This document shows, piece after piece, positions 1-12,770 of a stretch of DNA of 64,000 nucleotides. Every line of letters begins with the position of its first letter. Position 1 is the stretch's first letter. The notes below the pieces were generated by a model. The model worked only from the letters and a program-made list of their open reading frames with translations. It was not told where the DNA came from and did no database searches. The stretch comes from Octopus sinensis (lineage: Eukaryota): the NCBI RefSeq assembly GCF_006345805.1, contig NC_042998.1, forward strand, positions 47,306,001 through 47,370,000, in the 5' to 3' direction. The translations under genes were made by a program, and so were the position numbers.

Positions 1-907
1 GAAGAAAGAAAGAGAGAGAAAGAGGGGGAAAGGCGGAGGGAAAGGCGTACTGAAAAATTCAAACAAAAATGCAAAAAGTAAAGGGAAATGAAAATAAAAT
101 GTGAAGGAAAGCTATAACTGACTGGAAGGATTAAGAAAACATTATTTAAAAAAAAAATTCTCAACTTGGGAAATCAAATTCTGTCTCATTATGAAAAGCA
201 ATCGTCATCATCATGATTACCAGCATCACAACCATTACTTCTACCATGACCAATAATGTCATTTAGACCACTATCATCACCATCACCACTACTGTCGCAT
301 TAAATACTTTCCAAGGAAGTGTGCAGTACGTTAGTAATTATGACTCTTTGATACATAGTTAAGAAATAGGTTGCTGTTTTGTTTCGTTTGTTTGTTTTTT
401 TTTCCATCGCGAAAATGATTCTTAAAAGAATTCTCTCACATTCTTTCATGTATGTGCCTTACATTTCCAGTGTCTTTTATCTTGAAATATAACCTCTACT
501 TCTTGCAGCACGTCTAACAAGTTTCGGCTGGAATTTGTTCATTCGCCGCGTTGTACGGTCAGGTTGTTAAGGAGATTTGCATCACAATAATCTGGTTTGA
601 GGTTCGATGCCTTTATTAGGTACCTGGAGTCGGAATCAAAAGACAAAATGTATTTTTTATGCAAAACTGAGATCCTCTCTGTAGGGCTGCAAATCAAAAT
701 GCTCCAATGAGATCCTATAGAGCATATAAAGTTTCCCAGACGTCTACAAGTAATGGCGAATAAAACCTTCGGAACTGAGGTTCTACCCCTGCACAAGGAA
801 CTTATATCAAAATTCCGATACTTTACTTCGGCAGAAAGAAAGTATCAGAATAACATCGTGATATCGTATGATTATAACATATTTATTAAACGTGATTAAA
901 GTCATCT

Positions 908-1118
908 AGCTGGCAGAATCCTTAGCAGGCCGGACAAAATGCTTCCCGGATCTTTTTTTCTGCTTTATTTTCTCAGTTCAAATACAGCTGAGGTCGACTT
1001 TGCTTTGTCTTTCGAAATCGATAAAATGAATACCAGTCGAGCACTGGGTCGGTGTAATCGAGACCCCACATCCCGCTTCCCCCAAATTTCTGATCATGCG
1101 CCTACAGCAGAAAGGATG
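908..1118 (+). mobile_element. SINE family A
   Basis: agctggcagaatc...gttcaaat...gaggtcgactttgc...agaaaggat. Confidence 0.75.
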
Positions 1119-2599
1119 AAAGAGTAATTAATATATGAGAATGTGTCTAGGTTCATTGTAGTTTCAAACCTTAAGGTGGTAGTAAAAACACCTGTGGGCA
1201 GAAGTGTGAAAAAGTGGTGTTGCAATGAGTGCTGCTTCAGATATGCCTGAAAATTATTTTTTGTCAGAAAATCATTGTGAATATGGGTAAAGACAAAACG
1301 AAGCGAAAAGAGAGTGGTTTTTTAAGTGCAAGGATATCTTCAGTGGTGGTGACTGTGGTGGTGGGGAGGATCGGACATACAGCTGCCTCATTCCGGACAT
1401 TAATTAAGGAAATGCCTATAGAATTGTCACTTTCAAGATATTAACTTATGCACACTGGTCGAGTGCTCCATATGCGACACGGATACACATGTAGAGTCAT
1501 ACGTCATTAACTACACGAAGAACACCGAGTGCGGTCAAGGTTTATTTAACTACAGGAGTCAGTTGTTCCATATCTAAATATAAACACATGACCAAAGACT
1601 AGCCTTACACGTTAAAAATCACCAAGATCAATACCAAAAGTAGAACATCGTGGTTATTTCTCTCAGAGCTATAAAACGAAATGCCAAGAATCGTCGTGGA
1701 TCACGATGCAGACTTCATATAACAACTTTATTAGCTCGCCCTAGTAATCGATGAGAAATTAGCAAAGCCCATTGGCTAATCGTACAGCGCCAAATGTATC
1801 ACCACTTATAGTACACACATAGCTTTCAACCTAACTACAGACAAAGAATTTTTGACACAAAATACAAACAAACGGTACTCATGATGGGACACACATTACG
1901 CGACAAAATATACTTTCTTCACTTGTGAACAATGCTTATTCTCATATGGTTACGAAGGCCTGAAAGAGTAACAAACCTCCAACGCATTCTCTTATTCGAA
2001 TCGTCGCTTCATAAAGGATATTTCATACAAAATATCGGTTTACTTGATGCTATAATTTAATCATTATTTATATTTCATATTGCACCCAACTGCATCGCAA
2101 TATCTCTTTTAATTTATTTCAAGTATTCCATTTATCCAAATGCAACAAGTAAACTCTATACATATTAATGCACACACACACATACATAAATACAAAGACA
2201 TATATGCAATCATGTGATGTGTTTGTATGTGTTTGCGAAAGTTTCGTAGCTAGTCAACCCGTGGGACGATTATTTACGAAGTAATACCATTTTTCTTAAA
2301 ACTATGCGTGCACCTTTATTTATGCATATATATGCATCTATGTACGTATATAGGTATGTAAGAATGCATATATGCAATCATGTATATATGTATGCATATA
2401 TATATATATACATACACACACGCACATCTTTCTTGGTCTGGCCGTTGTCTGTGCAGCATCGATATTCCTCCCTGCGTTTGTGAAATCTTGTATCTCTGCC
2501 GTAAGGTTTCATTTCCACACACATCAGCTTTATTTAATTCGTCCTTCGTCGAAAGACACCTGTTGTTATGTCCTGTTATTACTTTTATTGTATTTGTGT

Positions 2600-2885
2600 G
2601 ACATTGTCCGTTTTTTTCCGTCCTTGTTTTGTATACATTCGCTGCTTTATTCCAAGGAATCTAATGCTCTTAGCTTAGTTTTACCTTGGGGCTGGCCAGA
2701 TTGGAGCAATCTCAAGTATAATCAGCCAAAATTGTAAAGATAACCTGGTACTTGACTGAAGAAAGAAAACTTCGAATGAGCCGTCCTTGTTTTCTTTGTA
2801 TCGTCTATCTGGATGTTTTGTTGCCCCATTTTTGTATCACCTAAGTGTCCGGATGTTTTGCATTCTTGTCCCATTTTGTATTTCA
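2600..2885 (+). mobile_element. Repeat family F, copy 1 (structured; probable retroelement 3' end), followed by (TA)n
   Basis: Near-identical to 27275-27505 and a diverged match to the reverse complement of 30005-30240. All three end at a TA-rich microsatellite. Confidence 0.75.
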
Positions 2886-2888
2886 TAC

Positions 2889-2919
<31 letters not shown>

Positions 2920-2946
2920 AATATATATATATAATATATATATATA

Positions 2947-3008
<62 letters not shown>
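2886..3008. repeat. (TA)n microsatellite
   Basis: Seen directly. Similar arrays at ~7830-7980, 11770-11832, 13845-13908, 14075-14125, 29590-29725, 29870-29975, 33930-34125, 61045-61290 and 63297-63495. Confidence 0.95.
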
Positions 3009-4347
3009 AGTAAATAAATGGAGTTGACCGAAGATGTTATTAAAATTCTTTTACTTTCGACATATGTTTCGAAGACAACATTGGTTTTATTCCAAAGGAA
3101 TAAACGGTGTAAAATGCAATCTTCGCATCAGAAATATAATTATCAAATGAATATATATATATATTTATTTATTATTTTATTTATTTATTTATTATTTTAT
3201 TTATTTATAACTTTAAAATTCATCCAAGGCTTGGTCCTCGTGCTATCCGTCTTCTACAAAAGTCATGCTCGCATCGCATCACAACACTAAGACAAAATTA
3301 TTTTACCTCAACTGATCCTGCTCTCTTTATCATCATGCAAGACACATAAAAAGTGAAAAAGATCCCATAAAAGTCAAACGGTTCCTGGACGTATATCTGC
3401 AAGAAATTCCAGATAAACCACCTACACCCCAATTTATCTCTGCAGGCAATAACTCTTTATGTGAATAATCTATGGTGCTCAAAGAAAGACTAATATGAAA
3501 TATCAATAAATGACTTTTCCAGGTGGAGCCGAATAATAATAAGCTAGCAATAAATAATAAATATTGAAAAATACAATGGCACAAATGCATTTAAAAGATC
3601 AGAAATGCACATCCATTGACGTACAAATTGTCTATCGTCTAGCAGAAAAGTGTGTATACACATTAGCCTTTTACAAAAGGCACATAAGACGAGCCCCTGG
3701 TGCGATAAGAACTACTGCAAGTAAAACAACAATCACTACTACAAAGTACAAGAAGTCATTGGTAATGAGTTTGACTTCGTAACTTCTCGGATGTTTTCGT
3801 AACTACGCAGTCTCAAGCTGGTATAGGTAGCCTCTCGGCTCTCACACCCTTGACCCATTGAAGGAAGATGGAGAGACCACACTGCACTAGCACCAAAGCT
3901 AGTACTCAATACAGCTGGGTAGACTGGAGTACTGAATTTCCTTGCTCATTTGATAGTGCAAAATGTATTGCAGAGATCCTTTTGTTTATTTTATTTTGCT
4001 TTTATTTCTATTTTATAAAAAAATATTTTATTAAAATTATTTCCGGAATCCATCCGGAATAGATCCTTTGCTTCGGAATCATCTTGTAATCTCATGATAC
4101 AAAATTGGAAAAGTAAATGTAAGATAGTATTCTGTAAAACTGTAAAATACCAAGATTGATTAAATGTTTTGCACTTCCTGAACGCATAAATAATTTCAAG
4201 GTAATACGGTGAAATTACCAAATAGTCGAAAATGAAAACACTGAATTAAAATTAGAAACAAAAAACAAACGGAAAAACGAAATATGAGAGAATTAAAAGG
4301 AAATATCAGTTATAAAGCATTAATGACTAGCAAAATAATTATAATAA

Positions 4348-4388
<41 letters not shown>

Positions 4389-4417
4389 ATAATAAATAAT
4401 AATAATAATAATAATAA

Positions 4418-4958
4418 ATGCCCTGATGCAGTACCAGGCAGTGGCTCTCATGGCTTTTGATCTTAACTGATTGGAAGTGTTTTGTCTTGGGATAAAAGAT
4501 GGGCTACAGCAAATATTCTGCTCAATACTACAGATTTGCTTGTCAGTTGTTTGACCTTAACCAGTTGAGCATGTCCTTTAGTGGCTGACGATATGTGCAT
4601 CTCTGATCACGAGCAGAAGTAGTGGGGGAGCATCATAGCCATGTGTTGAGAGGGATTCTTTGGGGTTTGAATAATTCACCTCTGGAAACATGGGTGGTTC
4701 TTTCAACATCCTTAAACAACCCTTATTCAGGGTTCTTTTGAGCGGGATGCGCTACTCAACCTGAAGAAAATTCTAACTGGGCCCCACCTGCAAGGTCATG
4801 CGCTGTTTATCTTGATATGAGATCACCATGTCGCGCACATATGGTTGTGATGCATGTGCCTAGTGTACCCTAATCAGACGGGTAGTCATGATGGGTATAT
4901 TGGGCTTCGTATATTTTACCCCAGTGTCACTTTGATGGCATGAACTGCTCTCTCCCTC
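4418..4958 (+). mobile_element. Element E, copy 1 (non-coding, full 5' end), in (TAA)n/(TAG)n
   Basis: Begins ATGCCCTGATGCAGTACCAGG and ends ...gaactgctctctccctc(aat)n. It is the reverse complement of the six copies in the two clusters and has a small internal deletion. Confidence 0.85.
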
Positions 4959-4992
<34 letters not shown>

Positions 4993-5038
4993 TAATAATA
5001 ATAATAATAGTAGTAGTAGTAGTAGTGTAGTAGTAGTA

Positions 5039-5070
<32 letters not shown>

Positions 5071-5105
5071 ATAATAATAATTATAATTATAACAACAACA
5101 ACAAC

Positions 5106-5142
<37 letters not shown>

Positions 5143-5165
5143 TAATAATAATAATAATAATAATA
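4959..5165. repeat. Compound (AAT)n/(AGT)n/(AAC)n array
   Basis: Seen directly, 3' of E copy 1. Confidence 0.9.
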
Positions 5166-5442
5166 AACCCCCAAAAGCGAGATATTGGATATTGGGGAGA
5201 TGTATTAAGAATTTATTATATTTAAGCTTTTGCGAATGGTATGAACGAATGAAACGGTTTCTACTTGAAACAAACGTAGTGTTGTGACGAAATTGTTTAG
5301 AGAAAGCTCACTCTACAATACAACGTATATTACAAAGAAATTCAGAAAACATAAATGATAATACGCTTGTAACGGAGACCAGTAACAGAAGATTTATCTG
5401 TAACAGCAATGCATGAGTATTACACATCTATGCACAGGAACA

Positions 5443-5461
5443 TGTGGTGTGTGTGTGTGTG

Positions 5462-5537
<76 letters not shown>
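5443..5537. repeat. (TG)n microsatellite
   Basis: Seen directly. Similar (TG)/(CA) arrays at ~7205-7305, 25590-25672, 31311-31365, 36673-36800, 50860-50938 and 59310-59520. Confidence 0.95.
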
Positions 5538-5540
<3 letters not shown>

Positions 5541-5932
5541 CACATGCGTACGTACTCATAGACATCTCGCAATCTACTCTACATATAAACACTACATACG
5601 TACGTATATGAGAGTGCGGAATTGTGAGATAAATGGATTAATAAGGAAATACAGAACACGTGTGATAGTTTATTTCACTACATTGCCTCACTAACTTGGT
5701 TATAGAACAGATATTTCGACGTAAAATAGTCCCATTCATAGCAAAATTTTACCTTTTTCTTTCTTTATTACTATACATGGAATAAGACGATTATTTCAAT
5801 ATAGGAACGATATAAAAATCTTTCAATGGAGATAAATTCAAATAAATATACGTGATGCTTTCTTTTATTGTTATTTTTAACACAGTTCATTTAGAAGTTT
5901 CTCAAATAATATTACAACTATACGTGTTTATG

Positions 5933-6180
5933 GGGAGGCGCGTGGCTTAGTGGTTAAGGTGTCAGTACCATGATCGTAAGATTGTGCTTTCGATTCCTGG
6001 ACCGGGCGACGCGTTGCGTTCTTGAGCAAAACACTTCAGTTCACGTTGCTCCAGTCCACTCAGCTGGCAAAAATGAGTAACGCTGCGATGGACTGGCGGC
6101 CCGTCCAGCTGGGGGACACATACGCCATAGAAACCGGGGAAACCGGGCCCATGAGCCTGGCTAGGCTTTAAAAAGGGCAC
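5933..6180 (+). mobile_element. SINE family D (tRNA-derived head)
   Basis: GGAGGCGCGTGGCTTAGTGGTTAAGG...TTTCGATTCC. Homologous to 47406-47648 and to degenerate - strand copies near 12925-13045 and 3895-3930. Confidence 0.82.
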
Positions 6181-6500
6181 ATTAATTTTAATATTTATAC
6201 GTGTTTATAGATTTATGTGTTGGTACTTGTGTGGGTAGACATACATGCATATGTACACAAATAGAAAAATGTATATATCTGGAAAGGAAGAAAGTGAAAG
6301 AGATTTCAAGGCTATTGTAAGTCGACAACTGCGGAGGAGTTAGACTACTTTTGGTATTTTATCCCGTGCTCGTCGCTCATTAAGTGTTTACGTTTTTTCC
6401 ACTTGTTAGTGATGTCCTGTACTTAATGTGCATTTTTTATTTACATACATACATATATACATACATACATACATGCATGCATGCATGCATACATACATAC

Positions 6501-6546
<46 letters not shown>

Positions 6547-6568
6547 GTATATGTATGATGTGTGTATG

Positions 6569-6604
<36 letters not shown>

Positions 6605-7206
6605 GTATGTAAGATGTATATATATATATATATATATATGGACAAAATTTACAGATTTACAGACGGGCAAAATTTGGACGATTTATTAGAGAATTTACTC
6701 TCGCAAGAAAGAGAGGTCTGTTTGCACCAGTTATTACAAGACATTTTTCTATATATGTAAAAAAACATGAAAAAAACAATCCCTTTTTTTTTTTTATCAG
6801 AGGCTTAAGAAATCATGTTTTCGATTCATGCTATTTGTAAAATATTTTGTAACTAAATTCACTTCAACATTAACATTTTTTTTTAATACACTAATAAAAA
6901 AAGTTGAAAACCAAACCAAGTTGTACTTTTATTCAACTGATACATATATAGACAAGGAGAGAGAAGATAGATAGGTAGGTAGATAGATAGAAATATATTT
7001 AGATTTAGATGTATAGCTATATTTATGAGTGGGCGTTTGTGTATGTAGAGACACAACTAATGTTATAAATACATGTGTGTGTTTATTTGTACAAACATGC
7101 ACGCACGCTCACATGCACACACACAGGCATACGCAACACATATACACGTTTATTCTTCGAAAAATTGAGTGCGCATAGATGTATACGTGTGTGTGCATGC
7201 GTGTGT

Positions 7207-7286
<80 letters not shown>

Positions 7287-7848
7287 GTGTATGTGCGTGT
7301 GTGTGAATTGCAGGACATATGCGTCAGGGTTTCCAATCCCAGTTTCCTGTGTAGTTAACACAGTCAATAAACTAAATACCAAAGCAAACCAACATCGGAA
7401 ATACGATTTCTTCGCTTCCACTATCCACTAACCGTTATTCAGAATTATGTCAATTATGTTTTGAAGTAAACCCAAGGAAGAAGTTTTGGGTCAGTCACTG
7501 CAACCAACACAACAGCATTCTTAGACACATGAAATGGCTCCATCCAGAAGGGTACTTCAAATGACCAAGCACATTCCTGTATTGGATGTTGATCTGTGTA
7601 GCTATAGGCCTAATGACACTACTGTCTCTTCTCTATCTCTCTCAAACTAACATACCTCACCCACGACATTATACATGCATATACATATATGTATATATGT
7701 GTATACATGAATATATATATATTTATAAATGAGGGTGAAAAATTTGATATTAATTTAATAATACCATCAATTTAACACCAAGTGGCTTAGCACATAAAAA
7801 CCAGGGATACAATACAAATTTATACATAAATATCTCTCATATTTATGT

Positions 7849-7886
<38 letters not shown>

Positions 7887-7893
7887 CGCACGC

Positions 7894-7930
<37 letters not shown>

Positions 7931-7980
7931 TATACACATACACACACATAGATACATACAGATATATAGATATATATATG

Positions 7981-8368
7981 TGTGTGGAAGAACTCCGTCG
8001 GTTACGACGATGAGGGTTCCGGTTGATCCGAATCAACGGAACAGCATGCTCGTGAAATTAACGTGTAAGTGGCTGAGCACTCCACAGACACGTGTACCCT
8101 TAACGTAGTTCTCGGGGATATTCAGCGTGACACAGAGAGTGACAAGGCCGGCCCTTTGAAATACAGGTACAACAGAAACAGGAAGTAAGAGTGAGAGAAA
8201 GTTGTGGTGAAAGAGTACAGCAGGGATCACCACCATCCCCTGCTGGAGCCTCGTGGAGCTTTAGGTGTTTTCGCTCAATAAACACTCACAACGCCCGGTC
8301 TGGGAATCGAAACCACGATCCTACGACCGCGAGTCCGCTGCCCTAACCACTGGGCCATTGCGCCTCCA
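7981..8368 (-). mobile_element. SINE family C (tRNA-derived head, ~390 bp)
   Basis: Reverse complement starts GGAGGCGCAATGGCCCAGTGGTTAGGGCAGCGG...GGTTTCGATTCCC (A and B boxes), followed by ~310 bp of non-tRNA body; microsatellite flanks. Confidence 0.82.
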
Positions 8369-8377
8369 CTATATATA

Positions 8378-8422
<45 letters not shown>

Positions 8423-8725
8423 TAGATAGATAGATAGATATAGATAGACAGATACATGTACGCATATATATATAAACACACGCATTCATATATATATAGG
8501 AAAAAATGAAAATGGGAACGAGGTTAAGCACACCAACACCGGTGATGGGGGCAAACACTCACTCATGCGCGCACGCACCCACACGCGCATGTACCCACAC
8601 GCGCACGCACCCACACGCGCGCACGCTCCTACACATATGATTAAAGAAGAAGATTGGAGTGTGATTAAACCAGTGAAATGTCGGATTTAATAATCCCATA
8701 TGAGAATACGATTTACTCGCATTGA

Positions 8726-8777
<52 letters not shown>

Positions 8778-8778
8778 G

Positions 8779-8817
<39 letters not shown>

Positions 8818-8835
8818 ATATATATATATTATATA

Positions 8836-8870
<35 letters not shown>
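8726..8870. repeat. (TATC)n/(TA)n compound microsatellite
   Basis: Seen directly. Similar (GATA)n arrays at ~15370-15460, 34890-34967 and 35108-35160. Confidence 0.95.
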
Positions 8871-8875
<5 letters not shown>

Positions 8876-9060
8876 ACAAAATGAGACAAAAAAATTCAAG
8901 GCTGTGATGGTTTTCAGGACATTTATACAGAGAAGGTCTTAGAGCTGTTGCCGAGATATTTTATATATCCCTTCATCAGAGACGGTGCGAGAAAATGTTT
9001 AAGTAATAGTAATTATAGCAATAGCTATTATAGAGAATATATATATATATACGATATATA

Positions 9061-9157
9061 CGATGGGCTTCTATCAGTTTCCATCTACCGAATCCATTCG
9101 CAAGGCTTTGGTCTCCCGAGGTTATATTAGAAGACACTTGCCCAAGGTGTCACGCAG
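9061..9157 (-). mobile_element. SINE family B core fragment
   Basis: cgatgggcttctatcagtttcc...acacttgcccaaggtgtcacgcagt. Confidence 0.75.
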
Positions 9158-9349
9158 TATTTAAACATATACATACATACATACATACATACATACATAC
9201 ATGTATACATATGTGTGTGTGTTTGAGTGTGTTCGTGCGTGTATGTATGTATGTACGTATGTATGTATCTATGTATGTATATATGTATGTAAGTATGTTT
9301 GTATCTATTTACAAAATATTTTACGAAAGATCTGTCAAGAGTGACTTCG

Positions 9350-9418
9350 AAATTAAGTACCAGATGCGTACTGGGGGCTATCTAATCGACTGGCCCCCTC
9401 CCCCAAAATTTCGGGCCT
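9350..9418 (+). mobile_element. SINE family A body fragment
   Basis: taagtaccag...actggggg...aatcgact...cccaaaatttcgggcc. Confidence 0.55.
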
Positions 9419-9424
9419 TCATTT

Positions 9425-9879
9425 TGGTCCATGTCACTATTCTCTTCAAAAAGGATCGTTTTCTTCAAGTTTCTGCAATGAATCACAGATGGAAGTCCGT
9501 TGGTCGAGGTTAACCTCCCTTAAGTGATGTTGACCTGAACATCAAGCCTGCTGACGCAACCTAATTGGTGCAGACGGTTTCAACAATCGATTTGGATAAT
9601 TTTACAATATCTACGATCATCCTGGACATATAAAGGGGTTGGTGTCGACTAATTTCTTCGTTTTGTCGCTAGTCATCTCAGTTGGCTGGCCAGAGCTAGG
9701 TGCAACTTCAGCAGAAAAATTTTCCGGTGGAAATTTTGGAAACCATTTCTTGCACACGCGTCTAGTAACAACAACTTCTCAGTACACCACGCATACCTTC
9801 CTACAGTTTTGCGTCGCTTTCTTGACTTTTTTAGATGAAACAGCAAGAGGTCTCGATAATTTTTGTTTTGTTCCTCCAT
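9425..9879 (-). pseudogene. Mariner (Mos1-like) transposase N-terminal relic
   Basis: Across frameshifts it reads MEEQNKNYRDLLLF...VCKKWFPKF...APSSGQPT...LGCVSRLDVQV...RTSICDSLQKLEENDPFLKRIVT, matching the HTH region up to just before the first catalytic D. Confidence 0.8.
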
Positions 9880-11767
9880 TCTCAAGGTAATCCTAAGCAT
9901 GTAAAATACCATCTGCCTCGTCGCATGTTTGCGTTCAACTACGTTGAAGTATGAAGTATTTGACGAGTGCGCATGCACAAGGCACTGGCAGACGTTAGCT
10001 ACTAATTAGAATGTTTATAGTTTAGTGTTGATAAAAAACGAGCGTACTTGTTAGCTGCCACCCCAATATATTATTGCAACGTCGAATCTAATTAGTACTT
10101 AGATAGGTGACCGCTTGGGAAAGGTAGGTGTTGTAAACATAATAATTAAGGCGGTGCTCCAGTATGGCCGTAGATCAAATGACTGAAACAAGTAAAAGAA
10201 TTAAGGAATATATATAAATATATTCATCCGTATATACATACACACACACGCAAATACATACATACATACATACATACATACCCCAAACCCTAAACATGCA
10301 GCACATATGAATGAAGTTTGGTAAACATTGCACAGAATAGCTAGACTTCTTACAACTGTCTTTCTATAACGAACTAAATTCTCCACTCTACAGCCCAATT
10401 GAAACAAAAAGATCGAATACACGTGATATTTACAGTATGTTTTTACTTTGATCTCTTCCTGGCTGTTCATGTGCTCTCGAGAACGAATATGTCATCACGT
10501 GAGTGTAACTTGTTGAATGAGTGAATGGATGAATGTTTGTATACATACATATATATATCTGTGTATATCCGTGTCTATATATGTGAGTGCGTGGACGAGT
10601 GTTTGCGTGCGTGTATTTGTCTGTGTATGTGTGTGTGTGTGTGTGATCGCCGACTTCTTAAGAAAATTCTGCGATTAAATTTAGCATATATTACAATGTC
10701 AGCATCTGTGGGACTTCATGTAAGTGTCTGTCACTTCTTTAAACATCTAAACAGGATCTATTTTGACCCATGTATTCCGTCATGGGACAGTGTGCGGATG
10801 TGTGTGCGAGTGTATGTGCATATGTCTGTGGTGTTCATGTGTGTGTGTTTGTTTGTTTGTTTTTACATGTGTGTGACAGTTTATCTGTATGTATGCGTGT
10901 GTAGCACTTATTTTGTGTGTATGTGCGTTTTTGTGTATATCTATCGTAAGAAACCAAAACGAAAGCTCAGAAGAAATGGAAAACTAAAAGAATAATAAAT
11001 ATAAAAATTAAACAAAAATATTGTCCCCACAAATAAATATGTATATAAATTGATAAAAATAAGATTCCCAGTTGACAGTATTTCGAATTAAGACCACCCA
11101 AACCGAAGTTGAGCAAAGGCAAAGTGAGAAGAGGTAGGAAGTGAGGAGAGCGGAGGAGGACATTGAAGGTAGATGATGGCGGGAAGGGAATAATGTCGGG
11201 GAAAGAGAAAAAAACTCCGTGGTTCTACTTTGTGGGAAACATCTACGTTTTATTTAGAGACTTTGCAGTTTGAAACAGATATAGCATCTTATTGTTTTTG
11301 TTAATAATTTGCATATTTTAATTTTATTTGTATTTTCTTCTCGGTGATATGTTTTTACCCAATGTCAAAATAGAACAAATAACGATTATGAAAATAATTA
11401 TGAAAACAATTATAAAAGACAGTTATAGAAGAGTATGGCTTCTTATGCAGAAAAAATTTTTTCTCTTATTTATAAAGAACAGAATATGAGATCTTGTCAC
11501 TTCCATGCTTTTTCTAAAGAGCAATTCTGATCGAGGGAAAATAATTGAGCTGGGACTGTCGACTCTAAACACAGAAGGATTAAATACGGGTTGATGAGGC
11601 TAGAATAACAAAAAAAGATAATAAAAAAATAAATAAAAATAACACAATGTGTGAAGGACAATTACATGAAAACCAGAACTCAAAATGGAATATATGTATT
11701 TATATTAATAGTTAATAGTAGCAACAGAGTGACTCAAGGTCCGAGAGTTACACTGTTGCTTCTGCTA

Positions 11768-11812
<45 letters not shown>

Positions 11813-11834
11813 TATATATATATATATATATATT

Positions 11835-11867
<33 letters not shown>

Positions 11868-11905
11868 TACATACATATATATATGTGAATATGTGCGTGA
11901 GTGTG

Positions 11906-12770
11906 CGACATCTGATCAATAAGTATCTGGACTGTTGTCATAGAAACGAAGCTAAAGCAGGCACAGTAAAGCCACTTGACTCAAGTTGATTTTGAACTCT
12001 GCTGTGCATATGCACTAAGTTTTAAAGTTATAGCTCACTTTCGCTCTTTACAGCAGTGCTTGGAAAGAACGTGTGTAGCGTGCGATCGTCGCATTGACCA
12101 TGACAGAGAAAGTTGTCATAGGGATACCTGCTCACAGGCTTACGTAAAGTTGCAGAAAGTGTATGGAGAGGAGTGTATGAGCTGCATACAAGTGTACAAG
12201 TGCTTCGGGTATTTCTAAGATGACCGAAAAAATGTCGATATTGACGAACGTTCTGGGACACCCACAAACAGCAGAACTGAGAAAAACATTGCAGATATGC
12301 GTGCAGCTGTGAGGTGAAATCATCGAATCACCATCCGTGAGTTATCAGAGGATATGCAGATTAGTTACAGTTCAGTCCATTAACACTGAAGACTTGGGTA
12401 TGAGACGCATGTCTGCAAAGTTTGTCCCAAAATTGCTTTCAGCTGACCAAAAATGCACTCGGATTTCAGTTGCACAAGATCTCCTTGATTGTGTCGAGAA
12501 CGATGAAATCTCTGAGCAGGTGTCACCAAGATTTTGGCAAATTTGATACAGATTCTCTGCTCAACTTTCTCTATCATGGTCAATGCAACGATCACACGCT
12601 GCACCTCTTCATTCCAAGCACTGCTATAAATAGCGGAGGTGTGTTAGAACGTTAAAACTTGGTGTACATGCACAGCAGGGTTGAAGGTCAATCTGCGTCA
12701 AGCGGCTACACTCTGCATGCTTTATCTTCGTTACTCTGGCAACAGTCCGGATACTTATTGATCAGACGGA
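11906..12770. mobile_element. Non-autonomous mariner derivative built from two head-to-head 5' ends
   Basis: TIR-like ends gatcaataagtatc(t/c)ggactgttg at 11906-11940 and 12736-12768. + strand encodes ...VYGEECMS...DERSGTP...RITIREL...MSAKFVPKLLSADQK. From 12509 the - strand encodes MIEKVEQRICIKF. Confidence 0.85.

Noticed and set aside
511-890. + frame TSNKFRLEF...ASQ*SGLRFDAF...MLQ*DPIEH... after a cttgcag acceptor-like site; both internal stops could be read as Trp after A-to-I editing
   Set aside because: I recognise no homology and no donor site fits. Trp-to-stop decay or chance is simpler. A BLASTX hit would reopen it.
2652-2737. Peptide PWGWPD..QPKL shared by F copies as a coding exon
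   Set aside because: Stops follow shortly after in both subfamilies, and the third-position changes are also the compensatory base-pair changes. RNA structure explains them better.
4585-4650. CTGACGA inside element E as a hammerhead core
   Set aside because: No stem II closing on GAAA, and no NUH next to the potential stem I.
5933-8368. tRNA-like sequences at the heads of SINE-C and SINE-D (also SINE-B)
   Set aside because: A and B boxes are present, but I see no intact cloverleaf or terminator and each runs into a SINE body. They are not called as tRNA genes.
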